Shown here: positions 63,415 to 64,000 of the stretch, piece by piece
Numbering within the stretch: the stretch's first letter is position 1
Layout of the letters: each line of letters opens with the position of its first letter
Assembly: GCF_006345805.1 (NCBI RefSeq)
Contig: NC_043003.1
Span: 17,608,001 to 17,672,000 of the forward strand
DNA: 64,000 nucleotides
Origin: Octopus sinensis
Taxonomy: Eukaryota
Direction of reading: 5' to 3'
Program-made: the position numbers and the translations under genes
The notes under the pieces: model-generated
What the model was told of the DNA's origin: nothing
The model's database searches: none
What the model saw: only the letters and a program-made list of their open reading frames with translations

Positions 63415-63627
63415 TCTGCTGGGCATATATGACATAATAATAATAATAATAATGGTTTCAAACTTTGGCCCACAGCCAGTAACTTTGGGGAAGGGATAAG
63501 CCGATTACATTGATCCCAATACTCAACTGGCACTCATTTTATCAACCCCCAAAGAACAAAAAGCAAAGTTGACCCCAGTGGAATTTGAACTCAGAATGTA
63601 AAGGTAAATGAAATAATAATAATAATA

Positions 63628-64000
63628 ATTATTATTATTGTGTACAGTGCTCAGGTGCACTACAACTCATCTAAAGTGTATATATAATCAGGTGTTGTTT
63701 CGGCGGATTACGGAAAGCATGAGGGCCTTAAAGGATGCAGTGTCATGGCAGTCAACAACTGACGCAGGCAGTTTATTCCATGCTTCAGCAACTCTGAGCG
63801 TGAAAAAATGTTTCCGAATGTCATGGGAGCTGTGTTGTTTTCTGACTTTGTAGGCATGTCCACGTGTGTTAGACACATGGAGATCAAAAAGGTGTTCAGT
63901 GTTGTTGTTGGTGAGGTGGTTGATAACTTTGTGGGTGTTTACCAAGTCCGTCGCCAGACGCCGGAGCTTTAGTGAATCCATGCCCAGGGAAACAAGGCGC
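63628..64000 (-). mobile_element. CR1-type LINE 3' end
   Basis: LKLRRLATDL...TRGHAYKVRKQHSSHDIRKHFFTLRVAEAWNKLP; (ATT)n-type tail. Confidence 0.85.

Overview
AT-rich, repeat-saturated animal DNA; the SINE/LINE repertoire looks like an octopus genome (inferred from pattern recognition, not a database hit). No intact protein-coding gene is recognisable, and most listed ORFs are translated microsatellites. The window is a nested mosaic of tRNA-derived SINEs, 3' ends of RTE, CR1 and R4/Dong-type LINEs, mariner/maT/piggyBac-like/hAT-like/Helitron-like relics, a U6 and a 5S pseudogene, and long (TA)n, (CA)n, (AAT)n and (CATA)n tracts. Main signals: (1) short Penelope-like fold-back elements in (TA)n carrying minimal type-I hammerhead ribozyme motifs, one with a complete core at 16714-16767; (2) five copies of a ~560-bp non-coding element with no tRNA head, all ending in the same orientation in (AAT)n, next to Dong/R4-type LINE tails; (3) SINE dimers with a fixed junction, each flanked by one TSD pair; (4) a U6-SINE juxtaposition; (5) SINE head/tail module swapping. 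SINE-A, -B, -E and family D are my working labels. Many repeat boundaries are approximate.
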